Assembly: GCF_001194135.2 (NCBI RefSeq)
Contig: NC_068987.1
Location: 6,559,299-6,621,087 of the forward strand
DNA from: Octopus bimaculoides
Lineage: Eukaryota
Length of the DNA stretch: 61,789 bases
Direction: 5' to 3'
A model generated the notes under the pieces. That model did not search any database. It was given only the letters and a program-made list of their open reading frames with translations, and had not been told where the DNA came from. Numbering within the stretch: position 1 is the stretch's first letter; each line of letters begins with the position of its first letter. The position numbers and the translations under genes are program-made. Below, piece after piece: positions 21,514 to 36,742 of this stretch.

Positions 21514-22527
21514 GATGTATTTTATTATCATTATTATATTGTTCTTACTATTATGATATTGCAATTCTGAAGCCGTTGTTTTCATTCTTTGAAATGGTTT
21601 TGCCTATTGCATTTCCTTCTACAAGAAATGGTTTGGAAGCTAGAACTTGTCACCCCATGTATTGTTTCTTAAGCTTTTTATACCCAACGATGATAACATC
21701 CTCTTCAGCATCATCATCTTCATTGTTGTCATCATTACCATTATTATTATTATTATCAACATCATCATTGTCATTGTCATCATTGTAATTATTATCAACA
21801 GTAACAGAGAGGCAGAAAAGACAAAGTGCCTGACTAGATACCTTCTGGTATTCGGGTCCATCTCTTTATGATCTGAGTTCAAATTCTCCCTAGGTTCACT
21901 TTACCATTCATTGCTAAACATTGATTTTTCAAAAGCTAAAATCAAATTTTCTTTTTCTGCATTCAACCCAGAATTTTCAAGCCTTTTGACTACGGAGAGA
22001 GATTTCTCTTATTTTATTTTATTTTGTAATCTTTTGGACTGTTTTTGGTTTTATCTTTTGTTTAATTTTTTTTTTTAATGTAAAATTTTCCTGTCATGTA
22101 ATTAACTTCTAGATTGTGTTTTATTGATTTCTTATACTTAGAGGAAAATTTTATTTCGTTTTTATGTTCCTATTTTCTATTTTCCCAGTATTTTTCTAGA
22201 CTACTCTGGTTATTTGGTTAGAGTTCAGTTTTTAATATTCAGTTGATTCTAAGGCAGTGAGTGCACAGAATAATAAGCAAACCTGGTAAAGTGTCTTATT
22301 AGCATTTCTTCCATGTTTATGTTCTGAGTTCAATTTCCATCAAGGTTGACTTTACCTTTCATCTTTTCAAAGTTGATAAAATAAGTACCAGTTGAGCACT
22401 GGGGTCAAAGTAATTGACTTACCAACTCCTTTGAAATTGCTGGCCTTGTGCCAAAATTTGAAACCAATAGTCGACTGACTCTTCTCTAGTCATCTTTTCT
22501 AATTTCCATTTTCATTTCTGCATGTTG

Positions 22528-22599
22528 TATCTTATGAGTTCCATGTATCTTATGAGTTCCATGTATCTTATAAGTTCCATGTATCTTATGAGTTCCATG
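22528..22599 (+). repeat. 18-bp tandem repeat x4
   Basis: tatcttatgagttccatg. Confidence 0.9.
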
Positions 22600-23021
22600 C
22601 ATCAGCCACTTCTTTAATTTCAGAATCTAAATCTAACTTATTATTGTGATTTTTAATTAATCTCTTCTTACAAAAGCTTTAGACTTTTGATCAAATCCCA
22701 AACTTATTTTGATATCACTACTAAATCAATATTTAGTTTTTAGTAAAGGTGTGTGGCCTCTTGCATAGAGTTTTAAATTACCATTAAAGAAGAGATTGAT
22801 TATTGATTTTCCATAGCATTTATGGCTGTTAGTTTTTGATTCAACCTTATGTTTTTAGTATTAGTAGTATCATTATCCACCCGTTCTTCCATCTTTTCTG
22901 ACCACTATCCCTAGGAGGGTCATTAGGGTACAGTGCACAGGCCCTGTCAGAAGCAACTGTCATCATACTTTATGGCTGGATCCCCAAGTATAACCTACTG
23001 ACACTATGGGTTTAACTTCTT

Positions 23022-23585
23022 GATGGGTGTAGGATTGATTGGCTGATATTTGCAGATGAAATGTTGCTACTTGCCTCATCAGAAGGTAGCCTCCAGCATG
23101 CACTGAATGGGTTGTCTGCAGAGTGCTGCAAGACAGGAATGAGAATTAGTGTTGCAATGACCAAGACGTCAGTCCTCTCAAGAAAGTCTTCCCAGTGCAG
23201 TCTGCATGTTAGTGGAACATCATAGAGACAAGTGGAGAAGTTTAAGTATCTTGGGGATATATTCATGAGTGATGGAAAGCAGGGGTCTGAATCGGATGCT
23301 AGAATTGTAGGTGATGGCACCGCAATGTGCCAGCTCCAGCACTCAATCCTTAGAAGAGGAGCAGTTGGCAAAAACCCTGCCAGAACCCACAGTCTTTGGT
23401 CTGGTTTCTCTGCTTCTCCACATATTGACATGCATGTTGGGTAATGACTGAGAGAGTACAAAAGCAAATACAAGTGGCCAAAATGGGGTTCCTTTGAAGG
23501 ATCTCTGGAGTATTGTTTACTCAACAGGGTGCATAGATGGTGATCAAGGAGTCTCCTCAGATTAAGTCACTACTTCTCCACATTG
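23022..23585 (+). mobile_element. decayed RTE-clade LINE reverse transcriptase fragment
   Basis: LIFADEMLLLASSEGSLQHAL...GMRISVAMTK...*RQVEKFKYLGDIF and, after a frameshift, WVMTERVQKQIQVAKMGFL*RISGV; internal stops. Confidence 0.88.
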
Positions 23586-24573
23586 TGAGCATAATTATCA
23601 TCTTCATTATTCATGATATTGATTTTTAACTATGACAAAAATCCCTGAGACAAAAACCTCTAAAATTGTTAGAAAGTGAGTATAGACAATTTAATTGACT
23701 GCAGTACATTACAATATTTTCTTAAGCCAAAAAGGAATGAAAGGCTATGAGCAAGATTGCTACTCAGAATATAAATAGATATAACTAAATAAAACAAACT
23801 CTTCAGCCGGCCTCCAGAACAGATCTGTTATACTCGCCTACACTTTTTTCTGCAAAATAGGGGTAGTTTATCCTGTTCAGGCTATATTATTAGCATTATC
23901 CTGCGTTTGAGAATGTAATATCACTTCTTTAACTTTCGAAGACATCTCAACGCTTCTAAAAGTAAACTTCGTTTGTTTGTTTACGTTTATCGTAATTTGA
24001 ATATCTAAAATATTAATAACTAATAGTATTATCATTGTTATAAAGGTGGAGAGCTTTACATTCTGAGTTCAAATTCTGCTGATGTCACCTTTGCTTTTCA
24101 TCCTTTCAGGGCCAATAAAAATAATTACCAGCTGAGCACTGGAGTTAATTTAATCAACTATCCCACTTCTCACACAAAAAGAAAAAAAAAATCCCAAAAA
24201 ACAACAAAAAAAGAATCCCCAAAAAACCCAAAACAACAAAAAAAAAAAAAGAGAAACCCTCCCACCAAACCCCAGACCTTATACCTATAGTAGAAAAAAT
24301 TATCATTATTACAAAGGCAGCAAGCAAGCTGGCAGACTCATTGGCACAGTGGACAAAATGCCTAGTGGTATTTCTTCCAACTTTGCATTCTGAGGTCAAC
24401 TTTTTCTTTTATTCTTTGGAAGTTGATAAAATAAGTTCCAGTTGAGTTACTGGGATCAAAGTAATCGACTTGCCCCCTCCCTCAAAATTTCAAGCTTTGT
24501 GCCTAGAATAGAAAGAGTAATCATTATTATAAGTAAAATCCTTATTATTATTTAAAAAAAACAAAAAAAAAAC

Positions 24574-24615
<42 letters not shown>

Positions 24616-25001
24616 CGTTATCATCATCATCATTTGGTTGATGGAATCGGTATGACAGAAAAGTGCTGGGTTAGATGCTTTATAAAAGGAAGATTGGTGT
24701 TTCTTACTGAAATGTTTAAATCCTATGCCAAATCAATCTTTCTGTTGATTTATCAGAATGTTTATCAGAGACTACCGAAATAAGATAATGAGTTTGAGTA
24801 AATTGACTATTAAAATAAAATTTTCTTCCATTTCCTACCCTTTCAAACAAATGACCTTCACCCTGGCAAAAATGAAATCATTACCATTATACATATTTAT
24901 TATTACAACATCATTGACACATATTAATCATTGTCTATCATAATTGGTATTTTTAATTCACATTGATCACCATTTTATGATTTTCCTATATAAATATTTA
25001 C

Positions 25002-25036
<35 letters not shown>

Positions 25037-25332
25037 GATTGTTATTACTGCTACTATTTTTTTTATCAGACATAAAGGCCAAGTGTATAATACACAGTTA
25101 TTTTTTTTGGGGGTGGGGTTAATAGTTTTAAATTTCTACCACATGTGTAGGTATAACTTCAAATATTCATTTAAGAGGAAATAATGAAAAGTATATCTTC
25201 CTGCCTATTCAAGAAACCATCATCAACACAGTTGCTATCATCATTATTTTATTATCATTTGTGTTACACATTTAGTTCTTTCTTATACTATATATATTTA
25301 TGTACATACACGCATATATGTATACATTTGTA

Positions 25333-25370
<38 letters not shown>

Positions 25371-25459
25371 AATGTATGTATATATGCATGTGTGTATATA
25401 TATGTATATAATGTATATATATAAATACACACATATATATTTATATATATGTATATGTA

Positions 25460-25537
<78 letters not shown>

Positions 25538-27268
25538 TACATGTGTGTCTGTGTGTGTAATAACTATAGGTAGAAACTCAAATTATGATTATTCTTTGTA
25601 GCTTCAATCACTACACTACTACATTTGTGTATATAGACACACAGAGATATATATCTGTTTGTATATAGATATGCAAACACATGATGATTTGCATATATAT
25701 ATCACTCCCATATAAGTATATGGATTTAAGATCAATGCATATTAGCAGACACTTAGCATATGAATACCTCATTCAAAGTTACAAATGGATTTAGATATGT
25801 AAAACACACAATACATACATGTATATGTACACACATACACACAGAGACACATATATATAGTGAAATTCTGTACAGTTGAAGTAAATTTTTCTTGTGTTTT
25901 TCTTAGAAGTTTCAGGACCTGATTAGAATGAGAAGCTTGACGATGCTAATGCCAATAAGACACTTTACCAGGTTTGCTTATTATTCTGCGCACTCACTGC
26001 CTTAGAATCAACCGAATATTAAAAACTGAACTCTAACCAAATAACCAGAGTAGTCTAGAAAAATACTGGGAAAAAATTATAATTTTTTTTCTGGTTAAAT
26101 TCAGTTAATCTAATGGTTGGTTGTTTACATCCTGGTTTGCTACATGTGTAAACGCATCCTCACACGCTCAATAACAGTTTTTGCCTATACTTGTGTTAAT
26201 TCATCTGTTTACAGAGAGAAGTCCGTGCGTACTAAATTTATGTAAAGGTTCAATATTTATTGTCAGGTGAAGAAAGAAAATAAAACAAGGCTTAAACATT
26301 GCAATAATCTAATGTAACAACTAAATCAGTGGTCTTCAACTGAGATCCACATGATCCTTTAGGGTCCATATAAGATTAAATTGTTAAAAATTATGTGCAA
26401 TAAATCCTTTATGCTTCTACAATGCACAAGATGTTTTAAACAATTTTTATATATAACTCCTAGTAATATTTAATTATATTTTTTCCCGTGTGAAATTTCA
26501 ACAAAATTGATAGAATAGTCTCTAAGGAAATGCTTATTTAATCCAAGGTCAGAGGTGGGCTCAACTTTAACTTTTGTTAAAAGTTAGAAAGGATTATTAA
26601 GACTTGCAATACTTCTGGTAGAAGAAATAATGAAACGCATTAACTCTCTCTTTTTGTTTTTTGTTTGTTTCTTAAGTGATGTCAAAAATGGCACAGTCTC
26701 TTTATCTGGTAATAACGGGCAGACCTGGCAAAATTCTTAGCAGCCTTTTGTCCATCTCTGTGTTCTGAGTTCAAATTCTGCCAGTTGACTGGGGTCAATA
26801 TAATCGATTTAACTCCTTCCCCGAACTTTCGTACTGGCCTTGTACCAAAATCTGAAACCAATATTTAAGATATTTAATCTCTTTCATATGGACACTTTTC
26901 GGGGTTGAAGTATATATTAAAACAATTAGAGCTGTGTCATTAAGGCTCTTAATAACTGACCACATAGGCAAGATAGCTATATCATCATCATCATCATCAC
27001 CATTGTCACCATCATTATCTTATTCATAATTATCCTGACCCGCAAGACTATCTATAACCCTGATACCACTACCACTGTCTTCATCATATCATGTTGGCTA
27101 ATGTTTCTTTGATGTATTGGTATGGCGACCAATGGTTAAAGGCTATTAGCTTATATTTGACAATCAGCAGAGAAGATATGTTAATGTAAGTATGTGAGTG
27201 CGTGCATATATAAATATGCTAAGCATGTGTGGATGTGTGAAAATATATATATATATAAATATGTATGC

Positions 27269-27356
<88 letters not shown>

Positions 27357-28673
27357 AAGGGTGGGAGAATATGTGATGTATATATGTATATATACATATA
27401 AATATTTTAATCTGTACTCAGTGTGAACCATGGATATGCTAAAAGTGAAGTGAAACCTGTGGTAGACTGTCTGAGAACCACAGATCTGTTCTATTTACTG
27501 AACACCCATTCATTAAATCAATCAAATATTCAAATGATCAGCTAAAAGTAAATAGTTTTTTTTTTTATTGACTAATTAATACCTGAAATTATTGTATTTG
27601 AAGTACAGTTGTTAGTATAAAAGGAAGTGAATAACATTTAAGGAGTTATTATCCTTCTGACAACAAAGAGTTTCTCTATCCAAACCAAAGGCATGATAGA
27701 TGCTTGCATAAGGATTGCAATGCTGTATGGTTGTTATACATGGAATTGAATGAAAAATATCTGTGAAAGCTGGATGTAGATGAATTTAGTATGACCCAAT
27801 GTGTAATATTAAGCTGCTCAAAAGCATATTTAGGTAAAAACTGACGAACTGCAGTACAACTTCCCATGAGGCAATCAACGAACTATTTTTAATAAGAATA
27901 TTCACAGACCCACTTCCTTTTGGAATCTGTTAAAGAGTATGTAATTTATGCTTCTATATGAAGCACAGTAAAGAGGTGACCTGGCAGAATTTGTAGAATA
28001 TTGGATGGAATGCTTAGCAGCATTTCTTCTGGCTGTTTATGTTCTGAGTTCAAACCACGTCTAGGTTAACTTTGCTGTTCATCCTTTTCCAGGGTCCATA
28101 AAATAAAGTACTGGAGTTGATGTAATTGATTTGTCCCCTCCCCTCATAATCGCTGGCCTTGAGTCTTGTAATGAAACAGTGTCCTGTTCAGAGGAAATGT
28201 TTTATGAGATCTAGGGCCTAAGAAGAAAAAATATATATATATATGAAACACCATGCACTTGAGTCCTAATCATTTTGGTTATACTTCTATATAATACACA
28301 AAATATTTTAACAAATTTTATCATACAATTCCTAATAATGTTTAATTCTAAAAATAGGATTTTTTAAAACATCGAATAGCTATGGGTATCCAGTAGAATA
28401 AAATAGGATTCTAAGAGGTCCTTAGGTAAAAAAAATAGTTGAGAACTTTTGATCTAAACCCACCTTATATATTTGCCATTTTCTCTCTTAGACAAGAAAA
28501 TGTCTAACCCATGTCAGCAAGGAAAAATGGATGTTAATATAATGATGATGATGATGATGTGTATGTATATGTATATTTATATGTATATATTTATATATGT
28601 ATTTATATAGAGATTTATACATACTTTTATATATTTATTATATAAGCCATCGTATTGTTACAAAAGTTCACTT

Positions 28674-28720
28674 CTGTCTGATGATCAGTTACAGGAAACT
28701 TGTTACATGAAACTCAGAGT
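28674..28720 (+). ncRNA. degenerate hammerhead-like motif
   Basis: cugu CUGAUGA ...eroded stem II... GAAA cucagag U U; core present, stems I and II decayed. Confidence 0.45.
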
Positions 28721-29208
28721 TGTTGTTTGTGAAGTTTACCAGCTTCAGTAAAACTATATTTGCATGTGTATGCATATCTCTTTATATTTGTATACATACA
28801 TGTATGTGTGTGCGTGTATGTGTATACACACATATATATATATACACACATACATATGTATATAGATACTTATATACTTACATACACGCAAATATTTGCA
28901 AATAGTTTATATTTATATATATGTATATGTATTTATATATTTGTGTAAATGTATATACATATGCACATTTATTTATATGGTTTATATGTTTATATATGTA
29001 TATAAACATATNNNNNNNNNNNNNNNNNNNNNNNNNNNNNNNNNNNNNNNNNNNNNNNNNNNNNNNNNNNNNNNNNNNNNNNNNNNNNNNNNNNAAAAAG
29101 ATATATATTTATACATACATTTATATTGAACATATATATATATTTATATACACACATATATGTATTTATATTTATATTTGTAAACACATGTATGTATTTA
29201 TGCGTGAA

Positions 29209-29505
29209 GGCTCATGGCTTAGTGGTTAGAGTGTTGCACTCATGATTGTGAGATCGTGGGTTCGATTCCCAGATCGAGCATTGCATTGTGTTCTTGAGCA
29301 AAGCACTTCATTTCACGTTGCTCTGCGATCACTTCAGCATCTGACATGTGGCACCCAGTTGCACCTGTACAGGTAATGTCGATTTGATAGAGGGAGTGAG
29401 CTTATGTCTACACAAACATTTGATCACTATAATCAAATCATCTGTATGGCTGCTCGGTAAAAAATTGTCGAACCGTCATTTGTTGTCTAATGACGGGAGA
29501 GTCCA
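29209..29505 (+). mobile_element. tRNA-derived SINE family D with Pol III A/B boxes
   Basis: A-box TGGCTTAGTGG 29215-29225 and B-box GGTTCGATTCC 29259-29269; related copies at about 829-1110 (+), 14430-14585 (-), 34230-34465 (-), 37782-37885 (+), 38925-39128 (-). Confidence 0.75.
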
Positions 29506-29584
29506 TTATATATCTATATATATATTTACATATGTACATATAACATACATGCATATATATAAGCATATATCTATATAATTTGTA

Positions 29585-29692
<108 letters not shown>

Positions 29693-31089
29693 CACACACA
29701 CAAACACATATACATATGTATTGTGTGTGCGTTTTAAGCAGAAAATAGTCAAAATCAAATGAGCTTGACTAGAACCTGTTCTATGTCAAGAGAGTGAGGT
29801 GTTTTGGTTGTTTTGAAGCTGGGAATCAAGAGAGATTTAGTCTGTTACTCGGCTACCTGTTTTTTACATTTCATTCATATTATTATTATTATTAATAATT
29901 ATTATTATATAATGATGATGATGGTGATGATGCTATTGAATTTAATATTTCAATGTCATTTTTAAAATTCTGTTTTTGGTCTTTGCTAACAATACTTTTG
30001 TGGGTGAAGAAGAATTTTGTTTAATGTGAAAAAGTAAAAATTGTATTTTAAGAATGTTTGTCTGCAAATGGCATCCTTGTCTTAGCATTCTAATGACGGT
30101 CTTGACAACTGCAGTTCCTTTGTGAATCTCTTAATTTACATTCATATAAATTCTCACCTTTTTGTACAGACATAATTTTCATTTAAACCTTTGTAATAAT
30201 TCTTATGTTTTCTTCTACTTTTCTTCTTCTTCTTTGTTCTTTTCTTCTTTTTTCTATTTCTCTCCTTTTTCTCCTTCATGTTCTTATATCTCTCTTCTCC
30301 TTCCTCAACCTCCTCCTCTTCCCTGCCTCCCCTCCTCCTCTTCCCTGCCTCCCCTCCTCCTCCTCGTTCTCTTCATCTGTTACTGTTACTTCCTGTAACT
30401 TGTATCCCTTTACTGTTTTTCTGTTTTTTTTTTTTATGTACTACATTGCCAAACTACTTGGGTTTAGCAACCAGCCGAGTTCGCTCCTCATGTTCTGTTA
30501 CCGTAAAATAATTTAGAATCAGTGAGAAAAAAAAAATTAATAATTTAGATATGGTGAAGTTGCAGCATGCGTACAATTGTTTGCACGCATGCAAACGCAT
30601 GTATGAATATGTTTTTTTTTGCGTGTGTGCGTGTGTGAGTAAGTGAGTGTGTGTGTGTGGGTGTGTGTGTGTAATGAAGGACAACTGAACCAAACTAAGT
30701 AATTATATTTTGATTAAGTATAAAAAAAAAAAAACAGCTGTTGCAACAGTCGAATTTTTACACCATCAGTTGTCACTTCATATCCCGTTGCTTGTGTTCA
30801 GATTAATGAATAAAATATTGAATAAAAAAGAAAGAAAAATATACACAATATCTATTTTTTGAATGTTTTATTTTTGATTTTGTTTTTGTTTTGTTTGGTT
30901 TTGTTTTGTTTTGTTTTTCTTTATTTTTTTCTGTTTTTTTTTTCTTTTGGCATTTTGTAGATTAAAGCAAACAGTATAATGTGCATCTGCACCCAGATTT
31001 AAACAGAAACCATAAGACGCATTCATTCATGCATATGCACACATCCACATCCACACACACACATAAGCATACATACACATACATATAAC

Positions 31090-31367
31090 GCTGGACTGGC
31101 TCCCGTGCAGGTGGCATGTAAAAGACACCATTTCGAACGTGGCCGTTGCCAGTACCGCCTGACTGGCCTTCATGCCGGTGGCATGTAAAAAGTACCCACT
31201 ACACTCTCAGAGTGGTTGGCGTTAGGAAGGGCATCCAGCTGTAGAAACTCTGCCAAATCAGATTGGAGCCTGGTGTAGCCATCTGGTTTCACCAGTCCTC
31301 AGTCAAATCGTCCAACCCATGCTAGCATGGAAAGCGGACGTTAAACGATGATGATGATGATGATGAT
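31090..31367 (+). mobile_element. SINE family C
   Basis: Same body and (GAT)n tail as the other copies. Confidence 0.85.
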
Positions 31368-32427
31368 ACGCAAATACACACACATACACATATATACATT
31401 CTCATACACACATGCACATATATACATACACATACATACATACATATAAACACACACACACATATATATGCAATTACTCTACCTGACATGACCCATTAAA
31501 CTCAGCAGAGCTGCCTCTCAAATCTACATTTTGCTGCCTTATTCCTTTTTATTACCATATTTCTGTTTCAAAACATTTGTTTTAATTAATTTTGAAAATA
31601 ATGAAGGATTTAGTAAAATAACATCAGTATTAATAAGCTGGTGATTAAAATATAAGTTTACATCTTCTAGATGGAAGATTTTAAATTAGATCACTTTCAC
31701 ACTTTTGTTACCATATTTCTGTTTAAACTCCCTGCCTTTTGTTTTTTTTATATTTAATTTCACATACATGAAGACTTTAGTACAACTTTGTTATCTTTAA
31801 ACTGATGTTTGGAACACACATTAATTTAGGTTACTTTAAAAACAGTAAATTTGTTTCAAAGAACCAGGGACAGTTGGTATCAAAAGAGTTAAACAGATGC
31901 AAGTCACTCCATTGCCGGGACATGTAACTTTTTCAGAAATATAGAATAATTTTCCTTAAAATCACAGCAAAAAAATCTACGGCAGGTTTGAACTAATAAC
32001 CCTTCGATCCAAGACACATATCTTCTCCTCCATCCCAGTTTGCTAATAGCTGCTTCACTACATAGGTATGTAGATACAACTAAGAATATACAAACATCAT
32101 CGCCATTTAATGTCTGATTTCCGTGCTGGCATGGGTTGGCTGACTGTATCGAGCTCCGATATCTTCTTTGGCAGGGTTTCTACAATGGGTATCTTTTCCT
32201 AATGTCAGCCACTTTACAGAGTGTATTGAGTGCTTTTTACATGATAAAGACATCATGTTCTCATTTGCATTTACGTTTACACTAGTGAAATCATCTTGTG
32301 TCCGACAAATTAGCAGTTTGACAAACAGGGACTGATAAGATGAGTACAGGAGTTGGTAAGGTCAACAAAAGTCCTTGAAAGCTCCTGTCTTGCCACGGCT
32401 CAATGGCTTGAACAAAAAGAAAACTCT

Positions 32428-32462
<35 letters not shown>

Positions 32463-32660
32463 AGTAAAAATAAATACAAAAAAAGGTGGATTTTTTTGTA
32501 TGATTGTGTATAGAGGAATATATTATTTTGCTTAAAAGAGTTCCAACACTGTCTGTTTTTTATGTTTTATTTATATTCCTGCAGAACTAATGTGGGGTAT
32601 AGAATATGGAATATACAATATATAATATAATATACAATATATAATATAAAATAAAATAAA

Positions 32661-33329
32661 NNNNNNNNNNNNNNNNNNNNNNNNNNNNNNNNNNNNNNNN
32701 NNNNNNNNNNNNNNNNNNNNNNNNNNNNNNNNNNNNNNNNNNNNNNNNNNNNNNNNNNNNNNNNNNNNNNNNNNNNNNNNNNNNNNNNNNNNNNNNNNNN
32801 NNNNNNNNNNNNNNNNNNNNNNNNNNNNNNNNNNNNNNNNNNNNNNNNNNNNNNNNNNNNNNNNNNNNNNNNNNNNNNNNNNNNNNNNNNNNNNNNNNNN
32901 NNNNNNNNNNNNNNNNNNNNNNNNNNNNNNNNNNNNNNNNNNNNNNNNNNNNNNNNNNNNNNNNNNNNNNNNNNNNNNNNNNNNNNNNNNNNNNNNNNNN
33001 NNNNNNNNNNNNNNNNNNNNNNNNNNNNNNNNNNNNNNNNNNNNNNNNNNNNNNNNNNNNNNNNNNNNNNNNNNNNNNNNNNNNNNNNNNNNNNNNNNNN
33101 NNNNNNNNNNNNNNNNNNNNNNNNNNNNNNNNNNNNNNNNNNNNNNNNNNNNNNNNNNNNNNNNNNNNNNNNNNNNNNNNNNNNNNNNNNNNNNNNNNNN
33201 NNNNNNNNNNNNNNNNNNNNNNNNNNNNNNNNNNNNNNNNNNNNNNNNNNNNNNNNNNNNNNNNNNNNNNNNNNNNNNNNNNNNNNNNNNNNNNNNNNNN
33301 NNNNNNNNNNNNNNNNNNNNNNNNNNNNN

Positions 33330-33330
<1 letters not shown>
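32661..33330. other. assembly gap (N run)
   Basis: Other gaps at 565-646, 6616-6625, 15352-15678, 16317-16484, 29012-29094, 39905-40283, 45527-46130, 46790-46803, 47896-48163, 60622-60721; most abut (AT)n tracts. Confidence 0.99.
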
Positions 33331-33365
<35 letters not shown>

Positions 33366-33705
33366 TATATGCACACACACACACATATACATATATATGT
33401 ATATGTATATATATATATATTGATGATATATATATATATATATATATTCTTTTACTTTCTTTTACTTGTTTCAGTCATTTGACTGCCGCCATGCTGGAGC
33501 ACCGCCTTTAGTCAAGCAAATCGACCCCAAGACTTATTCTTTGTAAGCCTTGTACTTATTCTTCTGCCACATACTTAGTACATATGCTTTGTTTATGAGC
33601 TCATTAGCTGTGGGATTGTATCAGAGGTAAAGTTCTTTTAAGACACCAAGTGTTAAAAAGCACTGAATACCCCAAATCAAGTGAGACTCTGAAGATGGTT
33701 AAGAA

Positions 33706-33750
33706 CAATGGATATTAGTATTTCACTGTTTTTGCAGCTCATCAGCATCA
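33706..33750 (-). ncRNA. intact minimal type I hammerhead ribozyme
   Basis: Minus strand reads ugaug CUGAUGA gcug-caaaaa-cagu GAAA ua-cuaa-ua U C cauug; all three stems pair (with G-U wobbles), AUC triplet. Confidence 0.75.
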
Positions 33751-34901
33751 TGTAGTTTAGTCACCTTGAAATGAATTAGAATCTCAGGTTTGAGATATAT
33801 ATGCAAATAGTGTAGAGTTTGTCTGCAGATGTGCAACTGTACCATACAAGCAGGACATAATTAAATTTGAATTACATTATATATATATATATATTTACAT
33901 ATGTAATATCTGTTTACCAGATACTGCAAAGTGACTAAGAAGTTTGCTTTGCGACTATGAAATTCCAGGTTCAATCTCACGTCATGGCATTTGGAAGCTA
34001 TTGTATTTTACTGTACGCTTGGCTCAATCCAACCCTTGGAAATGAAAGTGAGTTGAAAATTTTGTTGAAATCCGGATGGACTCTCCCGGTAATTCAAGGG
34101 CCTAGTTTGTTAGACTCTGTCAGAGTGATTTTATTCGAGAATGACATCAAAATCAAACTTTTCTATGGAATACTCAGCCATCTCACATGCTTATTCAATG
34201 AGCAGATCATCCAGTTGATTTCTCTGCAGTACACACATCATAGCCTTTTCTGTTGTAGATGAGGGTTTGCTATGTTTGTTGAACAGCCTGCACAGATGAT
34301 TTGTTTATAGCGATCCAATGTTTGTGCTGCACATTTACTCTCTCCATCAAATCATCATTGCTTGTTCAAATGCATGATGTGCCACATGTCAGATCAGATG
34401 TCAAAGTGTTCATGGAGCAACATGAAATGAAGTGTTTTGCTCCAGAACACAACACACTGTCCAGTCTGGGAATTGATACCAAGATTCTGGTTTCAAATTT
34501 TGGCACAAGACCAGCAATTTCAGAGATGCGTGAACAATTCGATTACATCGACCTCCAGTACACAACTGGTACTTATTTTATTGATCCTGAAAGAATGAAA
34601 GATAATATCAACCTGGGCAGAACTTGAACTCAGAATGCAAAGACATGAAATGTTGCTAAGGATTCTGCTTTGAATTGAAACTAAGATATTGCTATTATGA
34701 GTGCAACACCCAAGCCACTAGGCCATACATCTTCATATATACATCTTCCTTGACAGAAAACGCCATCATATATACCAGGGAGTGTCTGGTATTGTTGCTG
34801 TCTGTTTTTATGGTGGACAGAATTATTACCTAAAAAGCAAAAATTTTAAACTGAAATTACTGAAAATATTTAGAAAGTAATTGTGTTTTTTCTGTTTCTT
34901 T

Positions 34902-34943
<42 letters not shown>

Positions 34944-35149
34944 TGCTCAGTATTGTGCAACCCTCATTTCTTCTGTTTGTTATGTGCTCTATCTTTTGTG
35001 GTTGGCTGTTGATACACATTGTATGTATGTATTGGTTTGTCACTAGTTAAGTCTATAAAATGTTATGTTAGTAGCATTTTCTGCAGACGTATGTGATATC
35101 AGAAGAGTCATACATTATGACAGACAGTGCTGTGTGTGTGTGTGTATTT

Positions 35150-35520
35150 TTATCCTTTACTTGTTTCAGTCATTGGATTGCGGCCCAGCTTGGGCATCAA
35201 CTTAAAGAGTTTAATCGAATAAATCATCCTCAGAACTCATTTTTTTGAGCTTGATATATATTCTGTCAGTCTTCTTTGCCGAACTGCAAAGTTATGGGGA
35301 CATAAACAAACCAACTCTAGTTGTCAAGTAGTCGTAAGGGACAAATATAACAGAAACACAAAAAAAAAAATGTGCACGCATATGTGAAAGGTTTCTTTCA
35401 GTTTTCATCTACCAAATCCACTCAAAGATTTGGTTGGCCCAGGGCTGTAGCAGAAGTCGTTTGCCCAAGGTGCCCCTCAGTAGGACTGAGCCCAAAACCA
35501 CATGGTTGGGGAGCACTTTT
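35150..35520 (-). mobile_element. SINE family B (tail ...gcatggccgcagtcaaatgactgaaacaagtaaaag)
   Basis: Recurring family; other copies or fragments at about 8712-8900 (-), 12655-12745 (-), 15755-15900 (-), 33448-33565 (-), 48945-49520 (-), 59310-60125 (+, interrupted), 60740-60870 (+). Confidence 0.75.
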
Positions 35521-36742
35521 TTACTTGTTGACTCTGGAGGGCAGAGAAATGGTGGTGGTGGTGGGGGGGGGATGTGTAAATAATATATCTGTGTGATTAA
35601 CACATGCAAACATCATCCTAAATAACTTTTTGTGTCCATTTTTGGGTTGGACACATCTCTAATACAGCCGATTGCCAAATATCTCCAGCATTTATTTTTC
35701 ATGCCCTTATTGAACTCTCTCTACAAGGCTATTCTCTTTTGATCGTAGACACCATGTTTCCACTCAGCAATTCCTGTTTATTTGCTGTATATGTCCATAA
35801 ACCAGCTCCTACTTTCCTACATGTGCTAGGACTAAATAAACAAAGAAAATGAGAAACCTATTTTATTAGACTCTCCTAATCACCTATACATAAGTTCAAA
35901 CCACGGCTCAGCAAGTGCATTGCTTGAAGGAACTTTTTATGCCTTAGTTTATCTATTCCTGAGTAATTAACCTATCGAAAGTCTAGCTTCCTATCCATGA
36001 GAATATACATCTCACACTTTGGATTCTGATATTATTCAAAAAGTTGACTCAGCTAAAATACTGAGAGTAAGTGATAAGAAATAAAAATGTCGATTAATAT
36101 TTTAGGTGAAATGAGTCCATGACCTATATTTATATCCCAGTAGTAAACCACTTCACTTCACTTCACTTACAATGATAATGGCTTTTGCAAATGCCACACA
36201 TTCTCATTTCCCCCCTTTCTTATATAAATCCGAAAAATGTGTTGATGTAAGAAATCAATATAATTATAGATTTGTGAAAATTTGTCGAGACACATAGCTA
36301 TACTGCAATATTCTCTGTAGCTGTCACCACCACCACCACAACTTCTGCTACTCTCTCTTCCACCTCCATCACCACTGCCACCACCACCACCACTACTACA
36401 TTATAAAGTCTATTTACAGCACTTGTACTACTAGTGTTGTTTCTTCTACTAATCCTACTGCATCACTTCTACTGTCTTCTACTTTCAATTACTGCATTGT
36501 TGCTTCAGTGCTTCTACTGATATCTCCATTGTTGTTGCTGTTGTTGATGTTTATGTTCCTATCATCTCAACACAACGGCCAAAACAACACTAGCGCAACT
36601 TTATTTTTTTAATAATAGCAAGTACACTTAAGGACATTTACTAAAGCTCCTGTCTCTGCAAATACCGCTTTCACAGAATTAGCAAACCAACACAATTCTC
36701 CTTACCTTCAACAAATTATCATTATTATTATTATTATTATTG

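Noticed and set aside
23070-23090. CTGATGA on the minus strand
   Set aside because: It lies in the RTE RT coding region (ASSE), with no downstream GAAA or stems
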